From positions 1 to 62,237 of IMG/VR virus record IMGVR_UViG_3300016665_000348: a stretch of DNA of 62,237 nucleotides, one strand, 5' to 3'. A model generated the notes under the pieces. That model had not been told where the DNA came from. It ran no database searches and was given only the letters and a program-made list of their open reading frames with translations. The translations under genes were made by a program, and so were the position numbers. Shown here one piece after another: positions 20,792 to 30,121 of the stretch. The stretch's first letter is position 1, and the number at the start of each line of letters is the position of its first letter. The DNA is from a virus (lineage: Duplodnaviria > Caudoviricetes).

Positions 20792-21820
20792 ATGGATAAA
20801 CGTCCAATTCTGGTCATTGATGGATTCAACTTGTTTCTTCGTCATTTCATGGTTAATGAAACAACCACTACATCTGGTGAACTTTGTGGTGGTGTTGTTG
20901 GATTTTTAAAAGCTTTGCATGGAATGGTGAACCAGTTTTCACCAGAGCGTGTTTACGTTGTATGGGAGCAAGGTGGAGGTTGTCCACGAAGAAAGAAAAT
21001 CTTCCCCGAGTACAAAAACAACAGGATTAAAACGAGATCCGACTTTCAAAGCATAAATCTTCCTTTGAATGGAGTTCCTACAAAAAAATGGATCAAAGAT
21101 GACACAGAAAGCAAGATCAAGCAGATCAAACTCCTAGTTGATTGCTTGAAGAATCTACCAGTGTGTCAGATTTACGTTGCAGATACAGAATGTGATGATG
21201 TGATTGGTTATCTGATCCGATACAAGTTGAAAAAACTAAATGCTTTGAAGATTATCGTGTCTTCTGACAGAGACTTCTACCAACTGCTTGATGAACCCGA
21301 TGTCAAGATCTTTAATCCGGCTGATAAGTCTTTTCATGATGGCCCTATTGTGAAAGTGAAAGTTGGCAAAGATGAACACCTGGAAATACCAGCCAGGAAC
21401 TATGTTCTGGTAAGAACCATGACAGGAGATGACTCCGACAACATCCCGGGTGTTCCAGGGATGGGGTTTAAAACGGCTGTGAAGCTGTTTCCGTCGCTCT
21501 CTGATGATTCCAAGGACACCACGATACAAGAATTGGTTGAGGCCGCTAAACAGCGTTTAAACGATAAGAAACCACCCAAGGCTATTGAGTCGTTGGTGGC
21601 TTGTGAAGAGATTGTAAGACGCAACTGGAAACTGATGTATCTTGGAACTGGTACGTTGGCTGCCAATCAGATTTCAAAGATTGAATACTCGGTTGACAAC
21701 TTTGAACCAAAGATGAACAAGCTTGCTTTGATTAAGACCCTGATTTCTGCTGGTGTTGTTTCAAATATAGATTTTGATTCCATGGCTTACCAGATGCAAA
21801 TTTCTTTAGTGACAAAGTAA
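20792..21820 (+). CDS. 5'-3' exonuclease / flap endonuclease (T4 RNase H, PolI 5' nuclease family)
   Basis: VIDGFN, EYKNNR, ECDDVIG, SSDRDFYQL, GDDSDNIPGVPGMGFKTA. Confidence 0.92.
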   Translation: MDKRPILVIDGFNLFLRHFMVNETTTTSGELCGGVVGFLKALHGMVNQFSPERVYVVWEQGGGCPRRKKIFPEYKNNRIKTRSDFQSINLPLNGVPTKKWIKDDTESKIKQIKLLVDCLKNLPVCQIYVADTECDDVIGYLIRYKLKKLNALKIIVSSDRDFYQLLDEPDVKIFNPADKSFHDGPIVKVKVGKDEHLEIPARNYVLVRTMTGDDSDNIPGVPGMGFKTAVKLFPSLSDDSKDTTIQELVEAAKQRLNDKKPPKAIESLVACEEIVRRNWKLMYLGTGTLAANQISKIEYSVDNFEPKMNKLALIKTLISAGVVSNIDFDSMAYQMQISLVTK

Positions 21821-22011
21821 TGGAAGAACGGCATCGAGGCACTTACTTATTCTCCACAGACTCAAATGCTCTTTCAAGTTATGAGGCTACAGAATCTTCA
21901 TTGGCTGCAAACAAATAACAAAAAGCAATGGAACACGATTGGTAAAATCAAAAAAGCATCTGCTGTATACCTTAACACTCACCAATAAAGAAAGCCCAAG
22001 GAGTTACATAA

Positions 22012-23481
22012 ATGTCCACTACACAAAGTGCAGACAACAGGAAGTCTTTTTCTAATTTTGACCGACATTTTCAGGAAAAAATTGTGCAAGCGATGCTTAC
22101 TGACAGGCAATGGGCGGCACAAATGGCTGAGGTTATCAACCTGGATTACTTTGAATACGCTTATCTGCGTAGATTGACTGCAAAATATCTTGGGTACTAC
22201 CAGAAATACAAAGAGTTTCCATCCTTGGAACTTTTCGTGTCTGTTGTTCGTGATGATCTGAAAAATGAGGCTGATGCTGCGCTCGACCTTCAGATCAAAA
22301 CTGTTATTGTAAACACAAAAAACAAAAAAGATCTTGGCGACTTGCAACATGTCAAAGATGTCGCTCTTTCTTTTTGCCGTCAACAAGGATTTAAGAACGC
22401 ATTGGTTGAGTGTTCTGAGCTTATCAGCGAAGAAGAGCAGTATGATCGTGCCATTGAAATCATTAAAAAAGCTATTAGTGCGGGTCAGACACAAAGCCCT
22501 GGTTTGGACCTTGAGAATGATGTTGATGCACGATATTCAGAAACATATCGCAAAACCATCAAAACAAACATACAAAGTGCGAATGGTTCTAGCAGCTTAG
22601 ATTCAAGAAAGATTCTGAATGGCGGTGCTGGATGCGGTGAGTTGAATGTTGTCATTGCTCCCACAGGCGTAGGAAAAAGCCATTTTCTTGTTCACATTGG
22701 AGCACAAGCTCTGCTTCAAAACAAGAATGTGTTGCATTTCACATTCGAGTTGAACGAAAGAGCGGTTGGCATTCGTTATGACTCCCACCTTCTTGGTATT
22801 GATTCGCTTGAATGTGCCGAGAGAAAAGAAGAGATCAAACAGTTCTATGCTGAAAACAATGGAAAGATTGGACACTTGCGTGTCAAGTATTTTCCAACTG
22901 GAACTGCCACTGTCAACACCTTGCGTACATTCATTGACAAACTGGCGTTGGAGAACTTCCGCCCAGATATCATCGTTGTTGACTATGCGGGAATTATGCG
23001 TTCAACAGAGAAGTATGAACTTCCTCGCATGGAACTCAAGAAGATCTATGAAGAACTAAGATCTTTTGCAAATGAGATGGACGTTCCTGTGTGGACAGCA
23101 ACGCAATCAAACAAAGACGGTGCGGATTCTGACGTTATTACATTGGCGAACATGTCAGAGTCTTATGCTCAAGCACACATTTGTGACTTTGTTGTTGGTC
23201 TTGGAAGGCCAGAAAGTCAAAAAGCAACCGGATATGGCACCTTGTTCATTGCAAAGAATAGGGCCGGTATTGACGGTTTTTCTTACAAAGTAAGGATTGA
23301 CACAGCCAGGTCTAGAATTGAAATCTTGTCAGAAGAAGAAGTAAAAAACTATACTGCTGAACAAGAACGCGAAAAACAAGAAGAAATGAATCTTGTCAGA
23401 AGGACTCTTCGGCAGATTAACGTTCGCAAAGTAATGGGTAATCAGAGCTCTTTGGAGTTGTCTGATGGCAAAACGGATTGA
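22012..23481 (+). CDS. Replicative DNA helicase (DnaB / T4 gp41-like)
   Basis: Walker A APTGVGKS, FTFEL, IVVDYAG, WTATQSN, KNRAG. Confidence 0.9.
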   Translation: MSTTQSADNRKSFSNFDRHFQEKIVQAMLTDRQWAAQMAEVINLDYFEYAYLRRLTAKYLGYYQKYKEFPSLELFVSVVRDDLKNEADAALDLQIKTVIVNTKNKKDLGDLQHVKDVALSFCRQQGFKNALVECSELISEEEQYDRAIEIIKKAISAGQTQSPGLDLENDVDARYSETYRKTIKTNIQSANGSSSLDSRKILNGGAGCGELNVVIAPTGVGKSHFLVHIGAQALLQNKNVLHFTFELNERAVGIRYDSHLLGIDSLECAERKEEIKQFYAENNGKIGHLRVKYFPTGTATVNTLRTFIDKLALENFRPDIIVVDYAGIMRSTEKYELPRMELKKIYEELRSFANEMDVPVWTATQSNKDGADSDVITLANMSESYAQAHICDFVVGLGRPESQKATGYGTLFIAKNRAGIDGFSYKVRIDTARSRIEILSEEEVKNYTAEQEREKQEEMNLVRRTLRQINVRKVMGNQSSLELSDGKTD

Positions 23482-23497
23482 AGAGAAGGATAAAACA

Positions 23498-26400
23498 ATG
23501 GCAGATTACAATCAGGCACTAAATGAGTCTCTTGACTATTTTAAAGGCAACAAGATAGCAGCTTCAGTATTTGTTGGAAAATATGCATTGAAAGACGAAT
23601 CTGGGAATATTATTGAAACCACTCCAAAAGCAATGCACAAGCGCCTTGCAAAAGAGTTTGCAAGAATAGAATCCAAGTATTCAAACCCGCTATCAGAAGA
23701 TGAAATTTTTGGTTACTTGGATGGGTTCGAGTATATCATCCCACAAGGTTCGCCAATGGCAGGAATAGGCAATCCTTACCAGATCATGTCTATCTCGAAT
23801 TGCTTCGTGATTGAATCACCATATGATTCTTATGGTGGTATTTTGAAAACTGACCAAGAGCAGGCTCAAATCATGAAACGCAGAGGCGGCGTTGGTTTCG
23901 ACATCTCTACTATCCGACCAAAGGGTTTGCAGACAGCTAATGCTGCTCTTACTACTGATGGCATTGGAGTGTTTATGGAGAGATTCTCTAACACTTGCAG
24001 AGAGGTTGCTCAGGGAGGCCGCAGAGGAGCTTTGATGCTAACTCTTTCTGTTCATCATCCCGAGATTCGAACTTTCATTCACATCAAAGAAGATCTGAAA
24101 AAAGTAACAGGCGCAAACATCAGCATTCGTCTATCAGATGAATTTGTCAATGCTGTTAGAAACAAGGAAAAGGTTCAACTTCGTTTCCCCGTTGATTCTA
24201 CCAACCCAAGCATTTCAGAAATGGTTGATGCCGAAGAACTCTGGACTGAAATCATTGGTGCAGCCCACAAGAGTGCAGAGCCGGGACTGTTGTTCTGGGA
24301 TGCTGTTATGAAAACCTGTCCAGCAAACTGTTACCCAGAGTTCAAGACAATCTCTACAAATCCATGTCAACCCGGATGGGCAACGGTTCTAACACCAGAA
24401 GGCATTAGAACATTTGAAAACATCAATGTTGGAAGCGTGATTTGGTCAGGAAAGCGTTGGACTAAAGTTGTAAACAAGATTTGCACAGGTGTTAAACCTG
24501 TGTATGCCTACAAAACTAGAGCAGGCACTTTCTATGGAACTGAAAACCACAGAGTTGTATCTGGTGGTGAGAAGATTGAAGTAGCCATGGCTGAGTCAAT
24601 TGACACGTCTCAGGGTCAGTTGTCTTTTGAAGAAGCTTCACAAGCACTTGATCCACGAGATGTCATGGATGGCTTGGTTTGGGGTGATGGCGAGTTCCAC
24701 AAAGCATCCAACAGGGTTTTTCTTCACATTGGTAAAGATGATCAATGCTATTTTGATAGCGAGATCAGACATCTTGTTGTTGAGCATCGACCAGGGGTAA
24801 AACCAACAGCGTATCTTGTTCAGACAACCAACGAATTCTTGAAAAAAACATACGAACGAGAATTGCACCCTGATTGGCTACACTCGGCAAATCAACAAAA
24901 GATTCGTGGTTTTCTTCGAGGCTTGTTTACGGCAAATGGAACTGTGGTGGGTAATAGAGTTCAACTCAAATCATCTTGTTTGAAGTTGGTAGAACAGGTT
25001 CAGTTGATGCTTTCAATGCTCGGAATTAGTTCATACTACACAACAAACAAAGCTCATGAAGTTGAGTTTGACAATGGCACTTATGAGTGCAGGGAAAGCT
25101 ATGATCTTAGTATTGGCACCAAGCAAGGCCGTAAGCTTTTTCAAGAATTGATTGGTTTTATCCACCCAGAAAAGCAAAAGAAGCTTGCAGCTTCTTTGGA
25201 GCTAAAACCAAGCTCAAAATCTCCAAAGGTTTCTTATGAGATTGTTGATACTCAATATCTTGGAGAAGAAAAGGTGTATGATATCACTGTAGAAGCTGAT
25301 GAACACACTTATTGGACAGGTGGCCTGTTGGTTTCTAATTGCGGCGAGATAACACTTTCTGCTTATGATTCTTGCCGGTTGTTGCTTGTTAATGCTTTGT
25401 CTTTTGTGAAGAATCCATTTCTCAAACCCGAGATGGATTGGAAGAAGTATGGGGAAGTTGTTCGTGTTGCTCAAAGACTGATGGATGACATTGTTGATTT
25501 GGAGCTTGAGTGTATTGATGGCATTCTTGCTAAGATCATTGCAGATCCAGAACCAGAAGAGGTAAAAAGCATTGAGTTTAACCTATGGAAAAAGATCAAG
25601 CAAGCTTGTGTCAATGGCCGAAGAACAGGTCTTGGTTTAACTGGTGTTGGTGACTTGGTGGCTGCCATGAACATGCGTTATGGCTCAAAAGAAAGCATTG
25701 AGTTCGTCGAGAAACTCTATAAAGAGTTGGCTTTGAACAGCTATAGTTCTTCCGTTAACTTGGCAAAAGAAAGAGGGGCCTTCCCAGCATATTCTTATGC
25801 TGCCGAACACAAGCATCCATTCATTCAGAGTGTCATGCAAGCGAACCAAGAGCTTGCAGAAGAATATTCTCGATATGGTCGTAGAAACATTGCCAACCTG
25901 ACCACTCCACCAGCAGGATCTACCTCCCTGTTGGCAAAGTCAATCATTGGTTATGGTGTGAGCTCTGGTATTGAAAACGTTCTTTACATCCGGGCAATTC
26001 GCAGAAAGAAGATCAATCCAAACGATAAAGAAGCAAAGGTAGACTTTGTTGATGAATTGGGGGATAAGTGGACTGAGTTTTCTGTCTATCACAATGGTTT
26101 CGAAGCTTGGAAGCAGATAACTGGCAAAACGGATGAAGACATTCAGCAATCTCCTTATTGGAATTCAACCGCAGATGACGTGGATTGGGTTGCCAAAGTA
26201 GACATGCAGGGTGCTGCACAGAAGTGGATAGATCACTCTATCTCCAACACTACAAACCTTCCAGAAGAAGCCGACATTGAAACGGTTAAACAAGTCTACA
26301 TGCGTGGTTGGGAGCAAGGATGCAAAGGCATCACCATCTACCGCAAGAACTCAAGGGCTGGTGTTGTTTTGGATGAAAAGTCAAAACAAACAACAAAGAA

Positions 26401-26968
26401 GGAAGTCTTGGTTGAGAATCATGCGCCAAAACGCCCACAAGAACTCGAATGTGACGTTTATCACTCAACTGTACAAGGAGAGAAATGGACCATCTTTGTT
26501 GGAAAACTAGACGGCAAACCATATGAGCTCATGGGTGGTTTGGCAAAGTTCGTCAACTTTCCAAAAAGAGTTCGTAACGGAAAGATCGTAAAACACAATG
26601 GCGAAATCAATCCTGCAAGGTATGATTTTCACTACGACCATGATCGAGGGCCAGAAGACGAAACGGTTATCAGAGATATTGGAAATGTGTTTGAGAATCC
26701 AGTGCATTCTGCATTCACCAGAAGCATCTCTTTGAACCTTAGACACGGAGTTCCAGTGCATTATGTTGCCGAGCAACTTCTCAAGGGAGCAGAAAAGGAG
26801 TCAGATCTCTATTCGTTCTCCAGAGTGATGTCTAGAGTGCTCAAGAACTATATCCTAGATGGCACAAAGACTTCTCAGAAGAAATGCCCTGATTGCCAAT
26901 CTACGAACCTTGGCTACCAACAAGGTTGCGTTACCTGCCTTGATTGCGGTTCCTCCAAATGTGGTTGA
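23498..26968 (+). CDS. nrdJ: Class II (adenosylcobalamin-dependent) ribonucleotide reductase with an intein
   Basis: SNCFV, GGVG, QGGRRGALM, ANISI, TNP|CGEI, RRTGLG, PAGSTS, SSGIE, KGITIYR and a C-terminal CPDC...CLDC zinc ribbon. Confidence 0.92.
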   Translation: MADYNQALNESLDYFKGNKIAASVFVGKYALKDESGNIIETTPKAMHKRLAKEFARIESKYSNPLSEDEIFGYLDGFEYIIPQGSPMAGIGNPYQIMSISNCFVIESPYDSYGGILKTDQEQAQIMKRRGGVGFDISTIRPKGLQTANAALTTDGIGVFMERFSNTCREVAQGGRRGALMLTLSVHHPEIRTFIHIKEDLKKVTGANISIRLSDEFVNAVRNKEKVQLRFPVDSTNPSISEMVDAEELWTEIIGAAHKSAEPGLLFWDAVMKTCPANCYPEFKTISTNPCQPGWATVLTPEGIRTFENINVGSVIWSGKRWTKVVNKICTGVKPVYAYKTRAGTFYGTENHRVVSGGEKIEVAMAESIDTSQGQLSFEEASQALDPRDVMDGLVWGDGEFHKASNRVFLHIGKDDQCYFDSEIRHLVVEHRPGVKPTAYLVQTTNEFLKKTYERELHPDWLHSANQQKIRGFLRGLFTANGTVVGNRVQLKSSCLKLVEQVQLMLSMLGISSYYTTNKAHEVEFDNGTYECRESYDLSIGTKQGRKLFQELIGFIHPEKQKKLAASLELKPSSKSPKVSYEIVDTQYLGEEKVYDITVEADEHTYWTGGLLVSNCGEITLSAYDSCRLLLVNALSFVKNPFLKPEMDWKKYGEVVRVAQRLMDDIVDLELECIDGILAKIIADPEPEEVKSIEFNLWKKIKQACVNGRRTGLGLTGVGDLVAAMNMRYGSKESIEFVEKLYKELALNSYSSSVNLAKERGAFPAYSYAAEHKHPFIQSVMQANQELAEEYSRYGRRNIANLTTPPAGSTSLLAKSIIGYGVSSGIENVLYIRAIRRKKINPNDKEAKVDFVDELGDKWTEFSVYHNGFEAWKQITGKTDEDIQQSPYWNSTADDVDWVAKVDMQGAAQKWIDHSISNTTNLPEEADIETVKQVYMRGWEQGCKGITIYRKNSRAGVVLDEKSKQTTKKEVLVENHAPKRPQELECDVYHSTVQGEKWTIFVGKLDGKPYELMGGLAKFVNFPKRVRNGKIVKHNGEINPARYDFHYDHDRGPEDETVIRDIGNVFENPVHSAFTRSISLNLRHGVPVHYVAEQLLKGAEKESDLYSFSRVMSRVLKNYILDGTKTSQKKCPDCQSTNLGYQQGCVTCLDCGSSKCG
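24365..25339 (+). mobile_element. Intein (325 aa) with LAGLIDADG homing endonuclease
   Basis: Begins CQPGWATVLT, has block B GTENHRV, DGLVWGDG and RGLFTANG, ends VYDITV...LLVSN|C; interrupts the NPCGE motif. Confidence 0.92.
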
Positions 26969-26999
26969 CAGTTTGCTGAAACTATGTCAGCATACAACC

Positions 27000-27398
27000 A
27001 TGCCACAACTAAGAATCAACACAGTTAAAACAATTTTAGCTAGAGACTGGAATAGTTTTGTCACTGAAGTTTATGGAAGACCATACAATTTTCAGCAGCA
27101 AGATGGCTGTCGCCATCGCGGTGCATATGAACTCAGCGTGCATAATGAATATGACCCCGAATTCGATGCTGGGTATGATAGAGATACTATCAAAGAAGAC
27201 GTAAATACCACGGAAATGTGCGTTAGCCTCAAAGGCTGGCTTGCACGAAACCCCGAACAACCCCTTCCAGACCAAAGAGATAATTACGAATTAAAACTTT
27301 GGTGGGAACGCAATTTTTATCCTGATGTGGAAGTTTTGGCCCAGGATCTTTACCACCGCAACTTGCTTCCCGCAGGCGAATATCTTATTCTCATCTGA
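27000..27398 (+). CDS. Hypothetical protein
   Basis: Start at ATG 27000 (MPQLRINT), 6 nt after TTGACA-N17-CAGCAT. Confidence 0.7.
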   Translation: MPQLRINTVKTILARDWNSFVTEVYGRPYNFQQQDGCRHRGAYELSVHNEYDPEFDAGYDRDTIKEDVNTTEMCVSLKGWLARNPEQPLPDQRDNYELKLWWERNFYPDVEVLAQDLYHRNLLPAGEYLILI

Positions 27399-27406
27399 GA
27401 AACTTC

Positions 27407-27435
27407 TTGCTTCATTTTCTGTTTCCTGGTAGTAT
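27407..27435 (+). promoter_or_regulatory. Sigma70-type promoter
   Basis: TTGCTT-N17-TAGTAT, upstream of AGGAG and the ATG at 27459. Confidence 0.65.
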
Positions 27436-27458
27436 GCAAGCAGGAGTTAAGACAACAA

Positions 27459-27893
27459 ATGCCAACAAGTTCTATCAAGACGATTCTGTTTTCCATGTAC
27501 AGCAATGAAGGAACAACAAACGACTTTGTTTGTTATGTCTATAAGGGAAACACACCTGAATGCTTTGAAGGCAATCTGGTTAGTGCAGTTAACAATCTGA
27601 TTGATTGGGTTCGTGCCAATCTGAAAGTTTCTCTTGAGGAGGCAATTGAGATTATTGGTGGTGGTTATCACCAAAGCCTTGAAGAGTTCTCGGATTGGTG
27701 CGATAGAAAGGGCCTGCCAAATCCTGACGACACAGATGGTGAATGGGTTGGTTCGTTTGGTGATTGGCACCTTTTCTGTATGCCACATGGACCAATCGGG
27801 GCAGTAAGAGGTTTTTATCATTGGGGCAATAATGATGCTTCAACCTATGAGATTAAACTTCTCAATGGTGTTCAAGCGATTAAACTGGACTGA
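27459..27893 (+). CDS. Hypothetical protein
   Basis: 144-aa ORF with promoter and Shine-Dalgarno. Confidence 0.65.
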   Translation: MPTSSIKTILFSMYSNEGTTNDFVCYVYKGNTPECFEGNLVSAVNNLIDWVRANLKVSLEEAIEIIGGGYHQSLEEFSDWCDRKGLPNPDDTDGEWVGSFGDWHLFCMPHGPIGAVRGFYHWGNNDASTYEIKLLNGVQAIKLD

Positions 27894-27905
27894 TATGTTG
27901 GCTCC

Positions 27906-28175
27906 ATGAGCCATCCATTAGTTGTTCATGTAATGCGATCTCCATACGACGTATATGTTGGTCGTTGGAATCCAAAAATACCCCACCATTCCATTTGGCA
28001 CAACCCATTCAAAAATGGAACAAGAGAAGAAAACATTGAAAACTTCAAGAAGTATCTTGAATCCAACCCCGAGTTGATGGCAAAGCTCCCTGAACTCAGG
28101 GGTAAGCGACTTGCCTGTTGGTGTGCTCCAAAAGAGTGTCATGCTGATATTTTAGCAACTTTGGTAAACAGATAG
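27906..28175 (+). CDS. DUF4326 family protein
   Basis: YDVYVGR...WHNPF...LRGKRLACWCAPKECHADIL. Confidence 0.85.
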   Translation: MSHPLVVHVMRSPYDVYVGRWNPKIPHHSIWHNPFKNGTREENIENFKKYLESNPELMAKLPELRGKRLACWCAPKECHADILATLVNR

Positions 28176-28182
28176 GCAATAA

Positions 28183-30087
28183 ATGATTACAGTTTCTATC
28201 CGACCAAGGGATGACAAGCAAAAGCTTTCTATCCCTGCTCCTGACGATGCATTGTCTTTTGAGAAATACCAAGATATTGCAAGAGCAATCAACAAACAAT
28301 ACACTATCACTCATCTTGATCCAGTGGAAGATCATTTTGAGCTTGTGCAGTTTGCAGTTGTTGACGGCCAGCATCACAAGTTCAAAGTGGAGAATGTGAA
28401 CGATGTTTGGCAATGTTCTTGTAAGCATTTTGTTGAATCTGAAACAGATCATTGTGAGCACATTGGCATCATCACGGCTGTTTTGAAACATCCAGTTCAT
28501 TTCAACTCATATCCCATGTTTCTTTCTGTTCGACAACAGAAACGAACATCAGGGAAAAAAGACTTCTGCTACATGGCTTATGATGGTTTAGAGCAGCAAA
28601 TCGTAACTTACAAGATTGGAAGAAAGAAAGACGCACCACTGTTTAAGAGTGTTGCTGTTTCACTTGCCGAACAAAGAATCGTGTCAGCAGGAAGCAGCAA
28701 TGAATGGAATGGGGTTGCTCCTGTTAGTGATTCCATTCTGAATGAGCCTTTGAAGCTATATGACTACCAAGAAGATATTTTTTCTTCAATGCTTAAAGCG
28801 CAAAAGGCAATCTGTTCCATGGAGATGGGATCAGGCAAGACGTTAACGTCTATTGCTTGTTATGGATGGATCAGGAAGCACCTTGACAACCCAAGGGCAA
28901 AACTTCTTGTTATCTGTCCAAAATCTCTCAAACTGCAATGGGCCAGAGAACTCAAACGGGCCATCAGTGTTGACTCATTGCTTGTGAATGATGTTGCCTC
29001 ACTTGGAAAAGTTGGTGAGTTTGATGCTCACATTGTAACTTATCAATTCTTTTCACGCCACGCAGAAAAGTTTGAAAACCAGTCTTATGACATGGTTGTG
29101 ATGGATGAGATACAGTTTATTCGAAACAGTGAATCAAAAGCGTGGGCCGCAGCTAAAACCATTAAAGCTAAGTTTTTCTTTGGTCTTTCTGGCACTGTCA
29201 TTGAAAACAGCCTGAACGATCTTTACGCGATCATGGACGTAATTGCCCCAGGGCATCTTGGACCAGCATGGAAGTTTAAAACACAGCATCAAAACCTTGT
29301 TTCAGTTACCAAGAAGGTTTTGATTTTTTCGGGCATCAAAAATACGAAAGAATTGCACGAAAAGTTAAAAGGCAGAGTGTTTGGTTACAACAAACTAACC
29401 TTGCCCGAAATATCTCATCACTACAAAGCTGTTCCAATGAGTAAGGAACAAGTAGAGAGCCATGATGCATATTATGCAGATGCCAAGAAGCTGCTTGCAA
29501 AAGCAATGACGCAGGGTTTGTCGTTCGCAGAACGAATGATCTTACAGTCTTATCTTTTAAAAGCCAGACAGTGTTGTAACACTTTGGAATTGATTCTGAA
29601 GAAAGACTGCCCTGCGTCTCCAAAGGTCAATGCTATTACTCAAACCATCAAGAAGCATGGTAAGCAAGGCAAGAAAGTGGTTTTGTTCTCTCAGTGGACA
29701 GAGTTTCTTGCTATTATTGCACGGAACCTAGAAGAAGAAGGAATTGGGTTTGTTTTCTATACTGGAAAAGAATCCGAGAAGCAAAGAGAGCAAAACCTGA
29801 AAGAATTCACGATTAATCCGGCTGTTCAAGTCTTTCTGGCTTCGGATGCAGGAGGAGTTGGTTTGGATGGGTTGCAACATGCTGCAAATGTGGTAATTCA
29901 CACAGAATTGCCATGGAACCCAGCTAGATTAGATCAACGAACCGGAAGAGTGTATCGTATTGGTCAAACCAAACCAGTAGAAGTCATCTATTACTACGCA
30001 CCTGAAAGCATTGAAGAACATATCCTGCAAGTCTTGCAAGGTAAGCGGGATATTAGGACGATCACTCTAGATCCATCTATTCTTTGA
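28183..30087 (+). CDS. SWIM zinc finger plus SNF2-family (SF2) helicase
   Basis: CSCKHF...CEHI SWIM motif; LYDYQ, EMGSGKT, DEIQ, LSGT, GGVGLD, WNPARLDQRTGRVYRIGQ. Confidence 0.9.
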   Translation: MITVSIRPRDDKQKLSIPAPDDALSFEKYQDIARAINKQYTITHLDPVEDHFELVQFAVVDGQHHKFKVENVNDVWQCSCKHFVESETDHCEHIGIITAVLKHPVHFNSYPMFLSVRQQKRTSGKKDFCYMAYDGLEQQIVTYKIGRKKDAPLFKSVAVSLAEQRIVSAGSSNEWNGVAPVSDSILNEPLKLYDYQEDIFSSMLKAQKAICSMEMGSGKTLTSIACYGWIRKHLDNPRAKLLVICPKSLKLQWARELKRAISVDSLLVNDVASLGKVGEFDAHIVTYQFFSRHAEKFENQSYDMVVMDEIQFIRNSESKAWAAAKTIKAKFFFGLSGTVIENSLNDLYAIMDVIAPGHLGPAWKFKTQHQNLVSVTKKVLIFSGIKNTKELHEKLKGRVFGYNKLTLPEISHHYKAVPMSKEQVESHDAYYADAKKLLAKAMTQGLSFAERMILQSYLLKARQCCNTLELILKKDCPASPKVNAITQTIKKHGKQGKKVVLFSQWTEFLAIIARNLEEEGIGFVFYTGKESEKQREQNLKEFTINPAVQVFLASDAGGVGLDGLQHAANVVIHTELPWNPARLDQRTGRVYRIGQTKPVEVIYYYAPESIEEHILQVLQGKRDIRTITLDPSIL

Positions 30088-30121
30088 TTCCAAGCCTTTC
30101 GCAAGAAACTAATTACAGCTT

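Noticed and set aside
21820-22011. Possible small ORF or ncRNA between the exonuclease and helicase genes
   Set aside because: Only a roughly 32-codon ORF without a clear Shine-Dalgarno and no convincing structure; insufficient support.
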